From NCBI GenBank assembly GCA_965112735.1, contig OZ218952.1, forward strand, positions 4,712,001 to 4,776,000: a DNA stretch of 64,000 nt, read 5' to 3'. The stretch is from Phaeosaccion multiseriatum. Its lineage: Eukaryota; Protista; Ochrophyta, other classes. Within the stretch, counting starts at the first letter, position 1; each line of letters opens with the position of its first letter. The translations under genes and the position numbers were made by a program. The notes below the pieces were generated by a model, which was not told where the DNA came from, searched no databases, and saw nothing but the letters and a program-made list of their open reading frames with translations. Below are positions 1-12,283 of the stretch, one piece after another.

Positions 1-617
1 GGCAGCACCACTCTCATGACCCATCCCATTCGCTTTCTGCTTTCTGTCGGCTCACGGAGCAGGTTCATTGCCTCTGCCCCCCCCCCCCTTCCATCCACTG
101 CCTTCCCCTCCCCAACTCCCCCACCACGTGCCCCCTCTCGCCCACCCGCAGCCACTGATGCCTGACCCTCCGCTTCCCTCCCTCAAGGATGCTTCCAAGC
201 CCCCTGCCTTGCAGTGCTTCGCCTTCAAGTGCCCCGAGAAGGTGGTGATGAGCTGCAAGGCCATGGCAGGGCTCCTGCACCAGGTGAGTTTCAGTTTCAG
301 TTTATTATTTCATGTCTGCAGCTTGTGTGGTTTGGTAGTGGGCAGTGGCTTGTCGTTTGATGTAACTCATGGGTAGGTATTCGTATGTGTATTGATGCCC
401 CGAATTGTGTTGATTGATTGCCTCTCTGTACTCCACTGAAATTGGACGCTGAACACTAAACCCTGACAATCAAACTGGTGCAGGTGAGCGCGTGCGGCAG
501 CATTCGCGCGCTCAGCAGCAGCAGCGGCAGCAGCATTCACATGCTCGGTGCCATCCGGTACGTTGGTGGGGATGGCAGTGGACGGCGGCGAGTAGGGTGG
601 GAGCGGGGGGGGGGCGC

Positions 618-756
<139 letters not shown>

Positions 757-1383
757 AGTGAGGGAGAGCGCTACACCACCTGCCCCTCCCTCCCTCCCTC
801 CCTCCCTCCCTCCAAAACCAACTCACAAACAGGTCGCACGTCCCGACACGCATCCTGAGCTTTCGGGCCACCTCGGAGGTGCTGCTCAGCCTAGGCCCCG
901 ACTTGGGCTCCCGCGGACGCTTCACCACAATGAGCCAGCAGCTCTCCGAGACGATGATGCTGCCCAGTCACCGCTCTCAAGGTGGGGGTGAGGGTGGGGT
1001 AGGTGGGGTTGGGGTTGGCTGGTTGGTTGGTTGGTTGATTGGTTGGTTGGTTGGTAGGCTGGCTTTGGGGTTGGGAGCTCGGGTTGGAGCTAGGGTTCGA
1101 ATTGCGAAGTTTCGGTTTGAGTGTTGAGTGTCGGGAAGAGGGAGGCGGGCAGGCAGGCAGGGAGGGAGGAGCCTTATTTGTGTGTCCACTGAACGGCTGC
1201 CACACAAAGTATGGCCTCCCCCCCCGCACCCTACCTTGCCACCCCAACCCACCACCCACCACACCACCCAACCACGCCCCCCAATTAGCTCCCAACTAAC
1301 CCCACTACCCCCCCATCCCCACCTCCAGAGCCCCAGCAAGCCCCCCAGGAGGGTGACTGCGACGTCAGCGTGTCGCCCCGCAG

Positions 1384-4300
1384 GCCAGTGCTTATCATGG
1401 CCGAGGGCTTGCAGCCCGCCAACACGGGCATGAGTCCGTCCATACCGCACGCCGCGCAGAGCCGAGAGGTTAGCGTGCTCAAGAGTGCCCTGGAGGCCTC
1501 CCGGAGAGAGGCGGAGGCCTCCCAGAGAGAGGCGGAGGCCTCCCAGAGAGAGGCGGAGGCCTCCGGGAGGGAGCTGCAGGGCCTGCGGGCACAGCTCGAG
1601 CGCGCGGTACGTGAAGCGAGAGACCGGCAAGGGATGGGGGGGAGACGGAAGATGGAAGATAGGGGGTGAGGCAATGGGCCTGAAGGAAGCAGTATGTCAG
1701 CAGGATGAAGCAGTACGTCAGCAAGTAGACTCTTGTGGCCTGCTTGACATGTGCTGACCGCTGACCTGTGACCTCGATCGCATCGTTTGTACGGCCCTTC
1801 ACATATGGCACAGATGAATGATGCGGCGAAGCTGATGGAGAGGGTGGTGACGCTCGAGTGTAATCCCCAGGCCGCACAGGAGGAGAAAGAGCGCCTCGAC
1901 GACGCCCCCCACGAGCCGATGCAGCAGTCCTGCAAGGACGAGGTAAGAGTAAGGGGCAGTAGGGTACTGCTTGATACCTTTATCGCTCTCCATTCTCTCT
2001 GCGTCTGTGCAAGAGTGTGAGGAGCCAAGGTGCAGGGGAGAGAGAGAGGAAGAGAGGCAGAGGTGTCAGGGGTCCGGGCGAAGCCGCGCTGCTCTGGAGG
2101 GGAGGCCACAACCGTCTGGTGGAGGAGAGGCTTGAGACACAGGCCATCGCTCGAAGCTCATTGGCAACTCCTCCCCCCCCCCCCCCTCCCCTCCTCCTTC
2201 CTCCCTCCCTCCCTCCCTCCAACGCAGGAGAGCGGTGCTCGGGAAGAGGGCACGAGGGCGCCCCTGGATATCCGCGTCGCAGCCGGAGGCACGAGCAGCG
2301 CTGTTGTGAGGCAGGTACGGCTCGTGGGTGCGCATGTGGGTGCGCATGTGGGTGCGCCTCGGGGGTTCTCCTCCTCCTCCTCCTCCTCCTCCTCCTCCTC
2401 CTCCTCCTCCTCCTCCTCCCCCTTAACCCCCTCCTTTTTGTGATATCGCGATGGAGCTCCAATAGAGCTGTCGCCCTTTCGTCTCTCTCATCGCACCGCT
2501 TGCTTGTCCCCTCGTGCCTCTCTCTCTCCTTCACTTCACTTCATCGCTGCTCTCAAAGCCCCGGCCGACGTCGAGACACACGTCCCGAGGAAGGCTCCTC
2601 CCCGTCCAGGGCCGTCGCCAGCCACTGTCCCAGCCCGAGCGCGAGCGTTGGGGCACCAGTTCCATGGGACGCTCCCTCTCTCCAAACCCCCGCTCACCAC
2701 CACGTGTCTTGGCTCCCCGCCCAATGAATCAAGCGCCGCGTCCTCTTCCTGAGCCGGCAGACAAGGCAGAGAAGGGAACAGAAGTCTCAGACGCGCTGCG
2801 GGAGGAGAAGCTCAAGTGCACGGAGGCGAAGAACAAGATGTTGGAGCAGGAGGTGCAGCAGCTCAAGATGTTCGAGCAGGAGGTGCAGCAGCTCAGAGTG
2901 AGTTGATATCCCTCCTCACTCATCGTTGATGATATGCATCGCACCCCCCTTTATGTATTCTCTTGACCCCCCCTCTCGCTCACTCACTCACTCACTCACT
3001 CACTCCAATCCCTCCGCCGCACCGTTCGAGGGGTTCGTTCTGCCTTTTCCCTCCAAGCAAGCCCATCCCAAGCGTGGCTGCCTCATTTACCCTTTACCCT
3101 AAGTGTCGGCCCATCCTCACTCCCATGCACCACCTTCTTCCCTTCCTCACTCCCTCCCTTGCGGGGCTGACATGCGCCCCCTCTCTGCTGCTGCACCTGC
3201 AGGAAGCCGATGAGCGCTCTCGACTGGACCTTCAATTGGAGCTTGAGCGCAGCCGAGAGGAAGCAGAGGCGGCAAAGCGGAGGGTGGTCGAGCTGGAGCA
3301 TTGGAGGGAGATGGAGGAGCTGGAGAGCACCTTAGAGGAGGTGGTGAGCAGCGCTGGAGGCAGTGACGGAGACGACGACGACGACGACGACGACGGCGAC
3401 CACGACGACGAGGAGGAGGAGCAGGAGGAGGAGCACCAGCAGCAGCAGCAGCAGGAGGAGGAAGGGGAAGAGTCGTGTCTGTCCCGGTTGTCCTCGTCCC
3501 GCGCGTACTTGGCTCCGTCGGCGTCTTCGGAGGAGCTATTCGGCGAGGATGTGGGTGCGCAATACGTGGATACGGCAGTGGACGTGGACGTTGGGATGGC
3601 TATGGAGGAAAAGGTGGACAGCGACTTGGGCATCAGCTCTGGGGTCCCTCCGTCGCACTCCCCACGAGGCCCCCGAGAACGGAAGGAGAAGAAGGAGGAG
3701 GAGGAGGAGCCGACGCGAAGAAGAGGGAACAGAAGCAGCAGCGCCCTCACTGGTGACGGGAACGGCAGCACCCCCTGCTCCTCCGCAGTCACCGCTACGG
3801 CCTGCAGCTCCTGCACAGCCGAGGGGGGCAACTCTTCTGCAGCCCCGGGCGCCGACGCCGTTACAGCAGCAGTTGGTGATACAGGGCAAGAGGCCGCCAG
3901 CGGGGAAAGCCGGAGAGGCAGTGCCCGGGGCCGGGTGGCAGGCTCGAAGCAGGGCAGGAGCACCAGCAGGAGCGCCAGCAGGAGCAGGGCGAGCAGCAGC
4001 AGCGTCTCCGGCCCTGCTTCCAGTGCCATTCCCGGTGCACTTGGGAGGCACTCCGATGGCGGCCGCCACAGTGCTAGGAGCGCCAACAGGGCAGGGGATG
4101 GGGACGGCGGCGGAGGAGAAGGGGGCTGTGGATCGGGGGCGGGGGAATACTACGCCATCTTGGTGTATACACCTGTGAAGGCGGAGACTGAGTCCGAGAA
4201 GGCGGAGGACGATTTTCCCAAAGGAGGGGGCAGGAGGGTGACGGGTTCCTGTGGACCGCTGAAGTTCCTGGCTAGCACGGTGACGATTGGCCAGAAGAAT

Positions 4301-4546
4301 AAGGTGTACGGTCCGAGGATCTACGACTTATGGAACTGGAACAAGCAGAGCTGGAGAGCACAGTTCGTGTTCCACCGAGACGTTCTGGGGCGGAAGCTGA
4401 CGCAGCGCCCTTCGAAGGGAGGAACGAACGAAGGAGGCACATATGAGCCTTGGCCAGCGGGCCTATCGTTCATGACCATGCTGGGCGGCGTCCTGCCACA
4501 GCCTGCCGAGGTTCTGCGAGTGGTGAAGGCCCTCCTCGCCGACTGA
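1384..4546 (+). pseudogene. Degenerate multi-exon gene of unknown function (coiled-coil exons, acidic/Ser-rich region, small C-terminal globular-looking region)
   Basis: Coiled-coil-like blocks bounded by AG/GT splice-like sites (approx. 1384-1607, 1814-1942, 2761-2897, 3203-4546). A 21-bp tandem repeat encodes EAEASQR near 1492-1570. Exon structure and frames are unverified. Confidence 0.35.
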
Positions 4547-4759
4547 GTCAAGGCGTTGGCTGCGCTTGCCGAAGCATCGGGGGAAGGCGCACCACGGCCA
4601 TGTACACATGTGTTCGTATTGAATATAGGTTGGGAGCTTGTATAGGTGTGAGAGAGAGGGTGATTGGGTATGTTGCTACACGAGAAACAGACAGACAGAG
4701 AGAGAGACAAATAAGGGGAATAGAGAGAGACGACTTACTTAGTCTAGCGCTGCTCATAG

Positions 4760-7700
4760 TTTGGCCCTACCCTGGTGATGCCGCGCCCTACCGGTTCCTC
4801 CATCGGACCTCACAAGCGTCGTCTCCGCGAACGAGAGACTGGACGTTACGGGCATTCACATCGCCAAGCCCGCCCACATGGTCGGGGACAGCGAAACAAG
4901 CAGCCACGGGGAGTGATGTAGTACTTACGGGATGACAAGCGAGCCGAAGGAGAGACGGAGACAGCCAGTCCGGCCTGCCCGCAGGCAGACGAGTGAGGAA
5001 GAAGACTTGATATAGATTGATTTAAGTTGTGGAGAGAAGTGCGTGGGCAGCTCTATCCCCCCTTATATCCAGGTGTAGTCAGGGATTTCCGTAACTGTGA
5101 GTGATCCGAAGGCAGAACACATTCACTATGTCATACTCCCTTACGATGAAGACTATAAGAATGATTCGTACTAAGAAAGAAGAGTGGAAAGTGTATGCAG
5201 AGAGAATGAACTAAGATAACGTGAAGAAACTAGAATGAAGAAATACGGAAGGTTCATGCTTGACATGCTTACATGTCACTACCAGAGATGATGATGTTGA
5301 AGAAGTTGAATGAAGCTGTTGCTGCTGGTGAAGCCGTTGGTGCTGATGAAGCTGATGCTGCTGATGAAGCCGTTGGTGCTGATGAAGCTGATGCTGGTGA
5401 AGCTGTTGCTGCTGACGAAGCCGTTGATGCTGGTGAAGCTGTTGCTGCTGACGAAGCAGTTGGTGATTCAAGGAGAGTGGTATATACTCCCTCGCTCTGG
5501 AAAGTACAGAGACAGAGTGTTGAAGAGAACGATGAGGCTTGAAGAAAGCTGAGGTCCGAATAGTAGATGGAAGGTAGTCCGCAGGCTAGGAGAATTAAGA
5601 AGCAGGCGCTTGGCCGGCCAAAGGGATGCTCGACTGGCCGTGAAAAAAGCCAGGAGGTCGCTCGACTGGCCGTGACAGGTCAGGAGGATGCTCGACTAGC
5701 CGTGACAGGCCAGGAGGATGCTCGACTAGCCGTGATAGGCCAGGAGGATGGAGACTGGCGACGTGAGGTAGATGGTTGGCCGCGTGAAGAGAATCGAAGT
5801 CAACAGGGCCGAAGCGTTGTGATCCAAGCCAGTGGCGTAGACGGTGCCGCGATGAGCAGCGTGGTGCAGAGTGTCGCGCGGGCGGTACAGGGCGCGAAGA
5901 GCTGAGAGAAGAAGGTGGAGGAGGGGGGAAAGGAAAAGGGGTGGAAGAAGGGGAAGGAGGCGCGGAAGAAGGTCTACTCTGTTGCTGAGGAGGGGAAGGA
6001 GAAGGGTGGGGTGGAGGAGGTGAGAGCAACGATCGGTGGGGCAAGAAGGCTCCTGGCAGGAAGTCCGAGCTGTCCGATGCTGAAAGAGGGCGCTCCGAGA
6101 CGCGAGCTCGGGGTAGTTGCTGTGGCACTAGTCCTCGTGGCAGAGGTACGGTGGCGCCCAGCGCTGGGGGTGCTGCCTGCAGGAGGCACAGCAGCAGGAG
6201 GCACAGCAGAAGTTGCCGCAGTGGCTCCGAGACGACTGGCAGCGCTAGCATTGGCTCCGCTGGTCAAGGCTCCGCTGGTTGAGGCTCCGCTGGACGAGGC
6301 TCCGTCGGCTGAGGAGGAGCCGAGCTGCAGAGGGGCATCCCCGTCCATGACGTTGGAGGGGAGGCGCGCAATCTCCCCAGGCATGTGAGCAAACCTCATG
6401 CTGTGGCCGTGGTCGTAGTAGCGGTGGAAGATGGTGAGGTGCCAGCAGTCCGTGAGGATGGAGTTGGTGGACGGAATCCAAACGCGATAGGCGCCGGTGG
6501 CATTGGCGTAGCCGACGACCACGCCAGGGCGAGAGGTTGGAGCGAACTTGCCGGCCCGCTTGGTCTTGGGGACGTGCACGTAGGCCACAAGACCAAAGGG
6601 CACGAGGTGGGAGATGGGAGGAAGAGCGCCGGTGAGGACGCGCAGAGGAGAGAAATTGTTGAAGATGGTGAAGATGGTGATGGAGGGCTGGATGCGGAGG
6701 CGGAGAGCGGGTCCGGTAGGCGAAGATCCACGGCGAGAGCGATGACAGGGAGAGGACGAGAAGAAGACACCGCCGTAGAAGAAGAAGATGCCATGGTAGA
6801 GGAAGTTGCAGGGGATGAAGGAGGCGAAGAAGAAGATCCGTCCGGAGAAGTAATGAGCGCAGAAGATTCAGATAGGCGCTCCAATGCAGGTAGCCAATGA
6901 AGAAGCGAAAAGTAAAGACATACTCCGTGCTGGAGCTGCGGAAGAAGCTGATGAGGAAGAGGAGCCTGCTGGGAGAGGTGCCGAAGAAAAAGCCAGAGCT
7001 GCTAGAGGCTGAAGAATCCAATCCCGGTTCCGACTGCAAGATCCCGAGTAAATAACGTTTTTATCCCCGGCCGGGGAACTGCTACAAACAGTACCTTTTT
7101 TTATACGTGTTGTAGTACTTACGGGATGACAAGCGAGCCGAAGGAGAGACGGAGACAGCCAGTCCGGCCTGCCCGCAGGCAGACGAGTGAGGAAGAAGAC
7201 TTGATATAGATTGATTTAAGTTGTGGAGAGAAGTGCGTGGGCAGCTCTATCCCCCCTTATATCCAGGTGCACATAAGTCAGGGATTTCCGTAACTGTGAG
7301 TGATCCGAAGGCAGAACACATTCACTATGTCAGGGAGATCCGGGTCTCCAACCCCTCTATCGCCACCGAGTACTGGAGCAAGCCCGAGCTTTCGAAGGAG
7401 ATGTTCCAGGCGAAGCCTCTCTCCGGGGTGGCTGGGGCCGGGGGCACAGTTTGCTTGTCTCCTCACCACTACCTGGGGACGGGCGATACAAGGACAGGCT
7501 ACTGACTTACTATTCATCTGGCTGCGGCCGTATCAAGGACCTCATCATCTCCAACGGGGTCAACCAATACCCGCCCCCAGGACGTCGAGGGTAGGCATGA
7601 CTCGGTGATGATGGCCGAGCTAGCGGTGATGCTCGAGGACTGTCTGAGAAGCGAGAAGACGGAGGAGGAGGAGGAGGAGGAGGAGGAGGAGGAGGAGGAG

Positions 7701-7790
7701 GAGGAGGACGAGAGGGAGGGGCCAGGACCTTACCAGCGCATCATGCTCGAAGTGGCGCATGAGGCCCTTCATAGAGCCGGCTACGGGGGT
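4760..7790 (+). pseudogene. Relic of a fatty acyl-AMP ligase/adenylation domain plus a ketosynthase fragment (PKS-like), interrupted by a Copia insertion
   Basis: Removing 4914-7332 and one TSD restores HGEIRVSNPSIATEYWSKPELSKEMF...YLGTGD. Frameshifted GRIKDLIISNGVNQYP/PQDVE follows (AMP-binding C-terminal motifs). PYQRIMLEVAHEALHRAGY at about 7727-7783 resembles the KS motif DPQQRLLLEVAWEALE. Confidence 0.7.
4914..7332 (-). mobile_element. Internally deleted non-autonomous Ty1/Copia LTR element
   Basis: LTRs 4914-5133 and 7108-7332 (TG..CA, small indel). 5-bp TSD GGGAG. PPT-like AAGGGAGTA on the minus strand next to the left LTR. Residual integrase C-terminal motif FGLVAYVHVPKTKRAGKFAPTSRPGVVVGY..YRVW at about 6460-6603. 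No RT. Confidence 0.9.
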
Positions 7791-8916
7791 CGACCCAGCA
7801 GGCTGGAAGGTCACTACGATGAGGTGAGGAGAGCATTACAAAGAGCGCCTCCCCCCCCTCCCCGCCATGAGGCCCGCCGTGACACCAGGCCGTGCATGCC
7901 CTCCCCTCCCTCCCTCCCTCCCTCCCTCCCTCTCCTTTGAGTGCATTGTCGTCGGCCCCACACAGGAGGAGCTTGCGCAGCGCCAGAAGGATGGAGACCT
8001 CGCGCGGTACACAAGCCTCAGGTTGGAGGAGGTGAGCAAGGAAGCGCACAGAGCAAGGCGAAAGGCTCGTCTGACTCCTCTCCCCCTCCCACTCCCCCTC
8101 CCCCTCCTCTCCGAATGCTCAGGAGGACCCACAGCCTTTCCGGCTGCTGAGGGGGCCCAACCGCCAAGTCTAAGCACCTGGCATGAGTGGTGCCTGAGCG
8201 GCGCCTCAGCGGTCCACACAAGGACTGCCGAACGGGCGAGTGTCTCACGCACGCACACACATGCCTACCTACAATGCAACACCTGTACCAACACCCAACA
8301 CACGTATGTACGGACGGAGAGAGGGCGAGGTTATGAGAAAGGAGAGGGAGGGATGAACGGAGGGAAAGAGAGGAGGAGGGGGTGAGAGAGAGAGCGATTT
8401 CTGATGTAGAGAGCGACATCTGGTGTAGAGGGGGAGAGCAGGCCTCTTGCCTAACTCTGTACGCTGTGTTCCTTCTCCTACTTCAGGTGATGCAAATCCA
8501 TGATGTTCGCGGAGGTTGTGAACGCAACGAGGGCACGCGGGGCCATCGTGCGGAAGCTCCTGCCCGACGCAGTATCGAATGTGGAACGCATCCTCGCCGT
8601 CACCAAGGCAGCGACTGTGAGCCTCAACGGCGTCAGCAGCTCCTTGTCCGCCCTTAGGGAGCCGCCCAAGAGCGCTTGGCAAGAAGCACTCTACCGCAGA
8701 CAGGCTGCGAGGGGAGAGAAAAGGACTACGTTGAGGCCCACATCAAGGGAACCGTCATGGGTGACGTCATCGAAATGGGTATGTACAGGTAGAGCGGGGC
8801 AAAACAGCACAGAGCGTAGCCGAAGGAGGCCGACGTTTGTGTGTCGTGAGCTGGGGAGGCACAAATGCTTTCACTTGGGGGTGATCAGAGGGAATTGCAC
8901 CAAACTCATGCATCAC

Positions 8917-9525
8917 TTCCTTCGTTCCTTCCTTCCTTCCTTCCTTCCTTCCTTCCTTCCTTCCTTCTTTCCTTCCTTCCTTCCTTCCTTCCTTCCTTCC
9001 TTCCTTCCTTCCTTCCTTCCCTCCCTCCCTCCTTCCTTCCTTCCCTCCCTCCCTCCTTCCTTCCTTCCCTCCCTCCCTCCCTCCTTCCTTCCTTCCTTCC
9101 TTCCTTCCTTCCTTCCTTCCTTCCTTCCTTCCTTCCTTCCTTCCTTCCTTCCTTCCTTCCTTCCTTCCTTCCTTCCTTCCTTCCTTCCTTCCTTCCTTCC
9201 TTCCTTCCTTCCTTCCTTCCTTCCTTCCTTCCTTCCTTCCTTCCTTCCTTCCTTCCTTCCTTCCTTCCTTCCTTCCTTCCTTCCTTCCTTCCTTCCTTCC
9301 TTCCTTCCTTCCTTCCTTCCTTCCTTCCTTCCTCCCTTCCTTCCTTCCTTCCTTCCTTCCCTTCTTTCTTTCCTTCCTTCATTCCTTCCTTCTTCCTTCC
9401 TCCCTTCCTTCCTTCCTTCCTCCCTTCCTTCCTTCCTTCCTTCCTTCCTTCCTTTGTTCCTTCATTTTTTCCTTTACTTTCCTTCCTTCCCTCCTTCCTT
9501 CTTCCTCCCTTCCTTCCGTCCTTCG
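8917..9525. repeat. (CCTT)n microsatellite
   Basis: Long CCTT/CCCT tetranucleotide array. Confidence 0.96.
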
Positions 9526-9594
9526 CTCCCTCAGGCGCCCTCAAAACTCCTTTCACCCCCATAGGCCGGGGAGCTCCCAACTCGTAGTGGGCAC

Positions 9595-9890
9595 CTTTTG
9601 CCCCTGCTTGCTCGTGGCCCAATACCTACATTCGGTACTATTTAGAGGTGCCACAGTGGCATGCTATGGGCATGTAGGGTCGAATACCTTCACCGCAGGG
9701 ATCCTGAGACGCGCCCCATCCGTGGATGCGGCTCATATGTCAGGACCCTTATCTCCTTCTCACCTGCACCTTAAACATAAAACATAGTCCTATCATATGG
9801 ACTGTGGCAAGGCCTCCAACAATTACAGGGCTTTCACATCTCCAATTAGGTTCTCAGTGCCTTGCTAGCAGTAGTGTATTAAGTCGGTAC
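9595..9890 (+). mobile_element. Diverged solo LTR related to the element D LTR
   Basis: Colinear similarity to 59004-59268 (gcatgctatRggcat, ggactgtggcaaggcctccaac, cttgctagca); boundaries approximate. Confidence 0.6.
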
Positions 9891-11196
9891 CAGTTGTGAT
9901 CTGCCACCGGTGTGTGTGCGAGCTGCATACGTATGGAAGGACTCCGGCTCTCTCTTAGAGCCTGGTTTGTGTGAGGACAGAGCGGCCAGCAGGCTTGCTC
10001 TCGGGTTGTTAATAGCCATTTTGACTACTTCATACAGAAGTACGAGCTACGAGCTACGCGCATGTGTATTATCGCTTGACCCGAGTGTTAGAAGTCGTAC
10101 TTTTGCTAGACTGATACCTACTCTTCTTAGGGAGGAGAGGAGTGGGAGAGGAGGGTTGAGAGGAGGGAGGCGAAGGAGGCGAGGGGGGAGCAGAGGAAGT
10201 GGAAGAGTCGTGTCTGTCTCGGTTGTCCCCGTCCCGCCCGTACTTGGCTCCGTCGGCGTCGTCGGAGGAGCTATTCGGCGAGGATGTGGGTGCGCAATAC
10301 GTGGATATGGCAGTGGACGTGGACGTGGGGATGGCAGTGGAGGAAAAACTGGACATCGACCTGGGCATCATGTAAAACGACATGCACTATCCCTCCTAGA
10401 CACACGGACAAGGTAACAGCAACCCCAAAGCCAGCCTAGCAGCCAGCCTTGCCTCTATTAACTTATCGCATGCTAGTCCAAACGACCACCTACGCACATT
10501 GGATAGTGAGAGCCACGCCACCCGTTCTCACCGTATCTGCATGGGCCTGGGCCATTGACTTACGAATCGACTTTCCACATCCCCAATAGCTATCCGCCAC
10601 TTCCAACATCCCCTTGACAAGACTGTTGCGTGTCCCCACGCAACACAAGCGGATTCGCTTACTAAAGCTCGACTTGTAGCAAAAGCCTCCATGCTGCTTC
10701 CAAAAAAAAAGCGGATGAGAAAAATGCATAACTCACCCAGGTGTGTGCGACCGCTCCTCCCACACACACCCTCCTGTATTGATGAGAAAATCCCATGACT
10801 CAAACTCACCCACACATGCTCACGGATGACAAGATCCCATGACTCAAACTCACCCGCGCAATATCTGTCTCCACTCCTACTCGCCACCAGCGTTGCCAAA
10901 GCCTAGTTGCGCACCACTAATGCTGACTGCCGAAGTGTTTACTGGTGTGCCTACAAGGCAACCAGACAGTCCCTAAAGCAGCCTTGCGAGTATCCTTCTA
11001 TGTCGCCAACCAAGCTCCGTGTCGCAGTAATTTCTCACTGCCAAAAGTGAAAGCCGCGCCGCTGCAGCACACTGCTCTCATATAATGCTCTCTCTCCACT
11101 GCCCACTAAACTCCGTGCAGCAGCAACAGCGTTGCTGCTGCCACACTTGAAAGCCGCACCCCACTGCAAGGCACTGCTCTCGGCATATTTGTCTCA

Positions 11197-11394
11197 GGCA
11201 GCAGCGTTAGTGTAAGAACGCAGCAGCTCTCTGATTTGTTTGAACTTCAAGACAAAAGTGCCAGCCTTCACTTCCGAGCTGAAAGAAAGCCATACACTCA
11301 TAGAGTACTGGCAGTTTCTTTCAGCTCGGAAGTGAAGGCTGGCTTTGTCTTGAAGTTCAAACAAATCAGAGAGCTGCTGCTAACGCTGCTGCCC
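11197..11394. repeat. Long inverted repeat/hairpin (~80-bp arms)
   Basis: cagcagctctctgatttgtttgaacttcaagacaaa...ttccgagctgaaagaaa and its reverse complement are separated by a short spacer. Confidence 0.9.
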
Positions 11395-12283
11395 CCAGTG
11401 CTTTTGCTCCGTTCCTTCTCGCCACTCGTGTCGCCAAAGCTTCATTGCGCGCCGCTCGTGCTGACTACTAAAGTGTTTACTGGTGTACCTGCAAGGCACC
11501 CAGACAGTCCCTAAAGCGACCTTGCGAGTATCTTTCTCTGTTGCCTACCAAGCTCCGTGCCACAGCAACAGCCGCGCTGCTCCCACACTCGAAAGCCGTG
11601 CCCGCTGTAGGGCACCGCTCTCAGCAATTCTCTCTCTCCACTGCCCAACCTCCAGCACCAATTTCCGTGCAACAACAACAGCTGCGCTGCTGCCACACTC
11701 AAAAGCCCTGCCTGCTGTAAGGAACCGCTCCCGGCCATTCTCTCTCTCTCCACTGCCCACCAACCTCCAGCACCATTTCCCGTGCAACAACAACAGCCTC
11801 GCTGCTGCCGCACTCGAAAGTCGTGCCCGCTGTAAGGCACTGCTCCCGGCAATTCTCTGTCTCCACCACCCACCAACCTCCAGCACCAATTTCCGTGCAA
11901 CAACAACAGCCGCGCTGCTGCCACACTCGAAAGCCGTGCCCGCTGGAAGACACCGCTCCCGGCAATTCTCTCTCTCCACTCCCTCCTCTCCGTGCAACAA
12001 CAACTCTGCTGCTGTCGCACGTCGTACGGCACTGCTTATGTGCCGCATGGTGCTCCCCTAACACGCCTCTTGCTGCCCTGCCTAAGCCTTTTGGCTAACT
12101 GCTGCTTTCGGATCTTTGGGGTTGTAAGACGACATGCGCTGTCGCCTACAGATAGGATGGAACTAGACACACGGACAAGGTAACAGCAACCCCAAAGCCA
12201 GCCTAGCAGCCAGCCTTGCCTCTATTTTTAACTTATCGCATGCTAGTCCTAAACGACCAGCTACGCACATAGGATTGTGATAT

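Noticed and set aside
1000-1100. Degenerate telomere-like GGTT repeats
   Set aside because: Short intronic-type (GGTT)n microsatellite; not clearly telomeric
8500-9622. LPSF/EGRK repeat proteins
   Set aside because: Microsatellite translations
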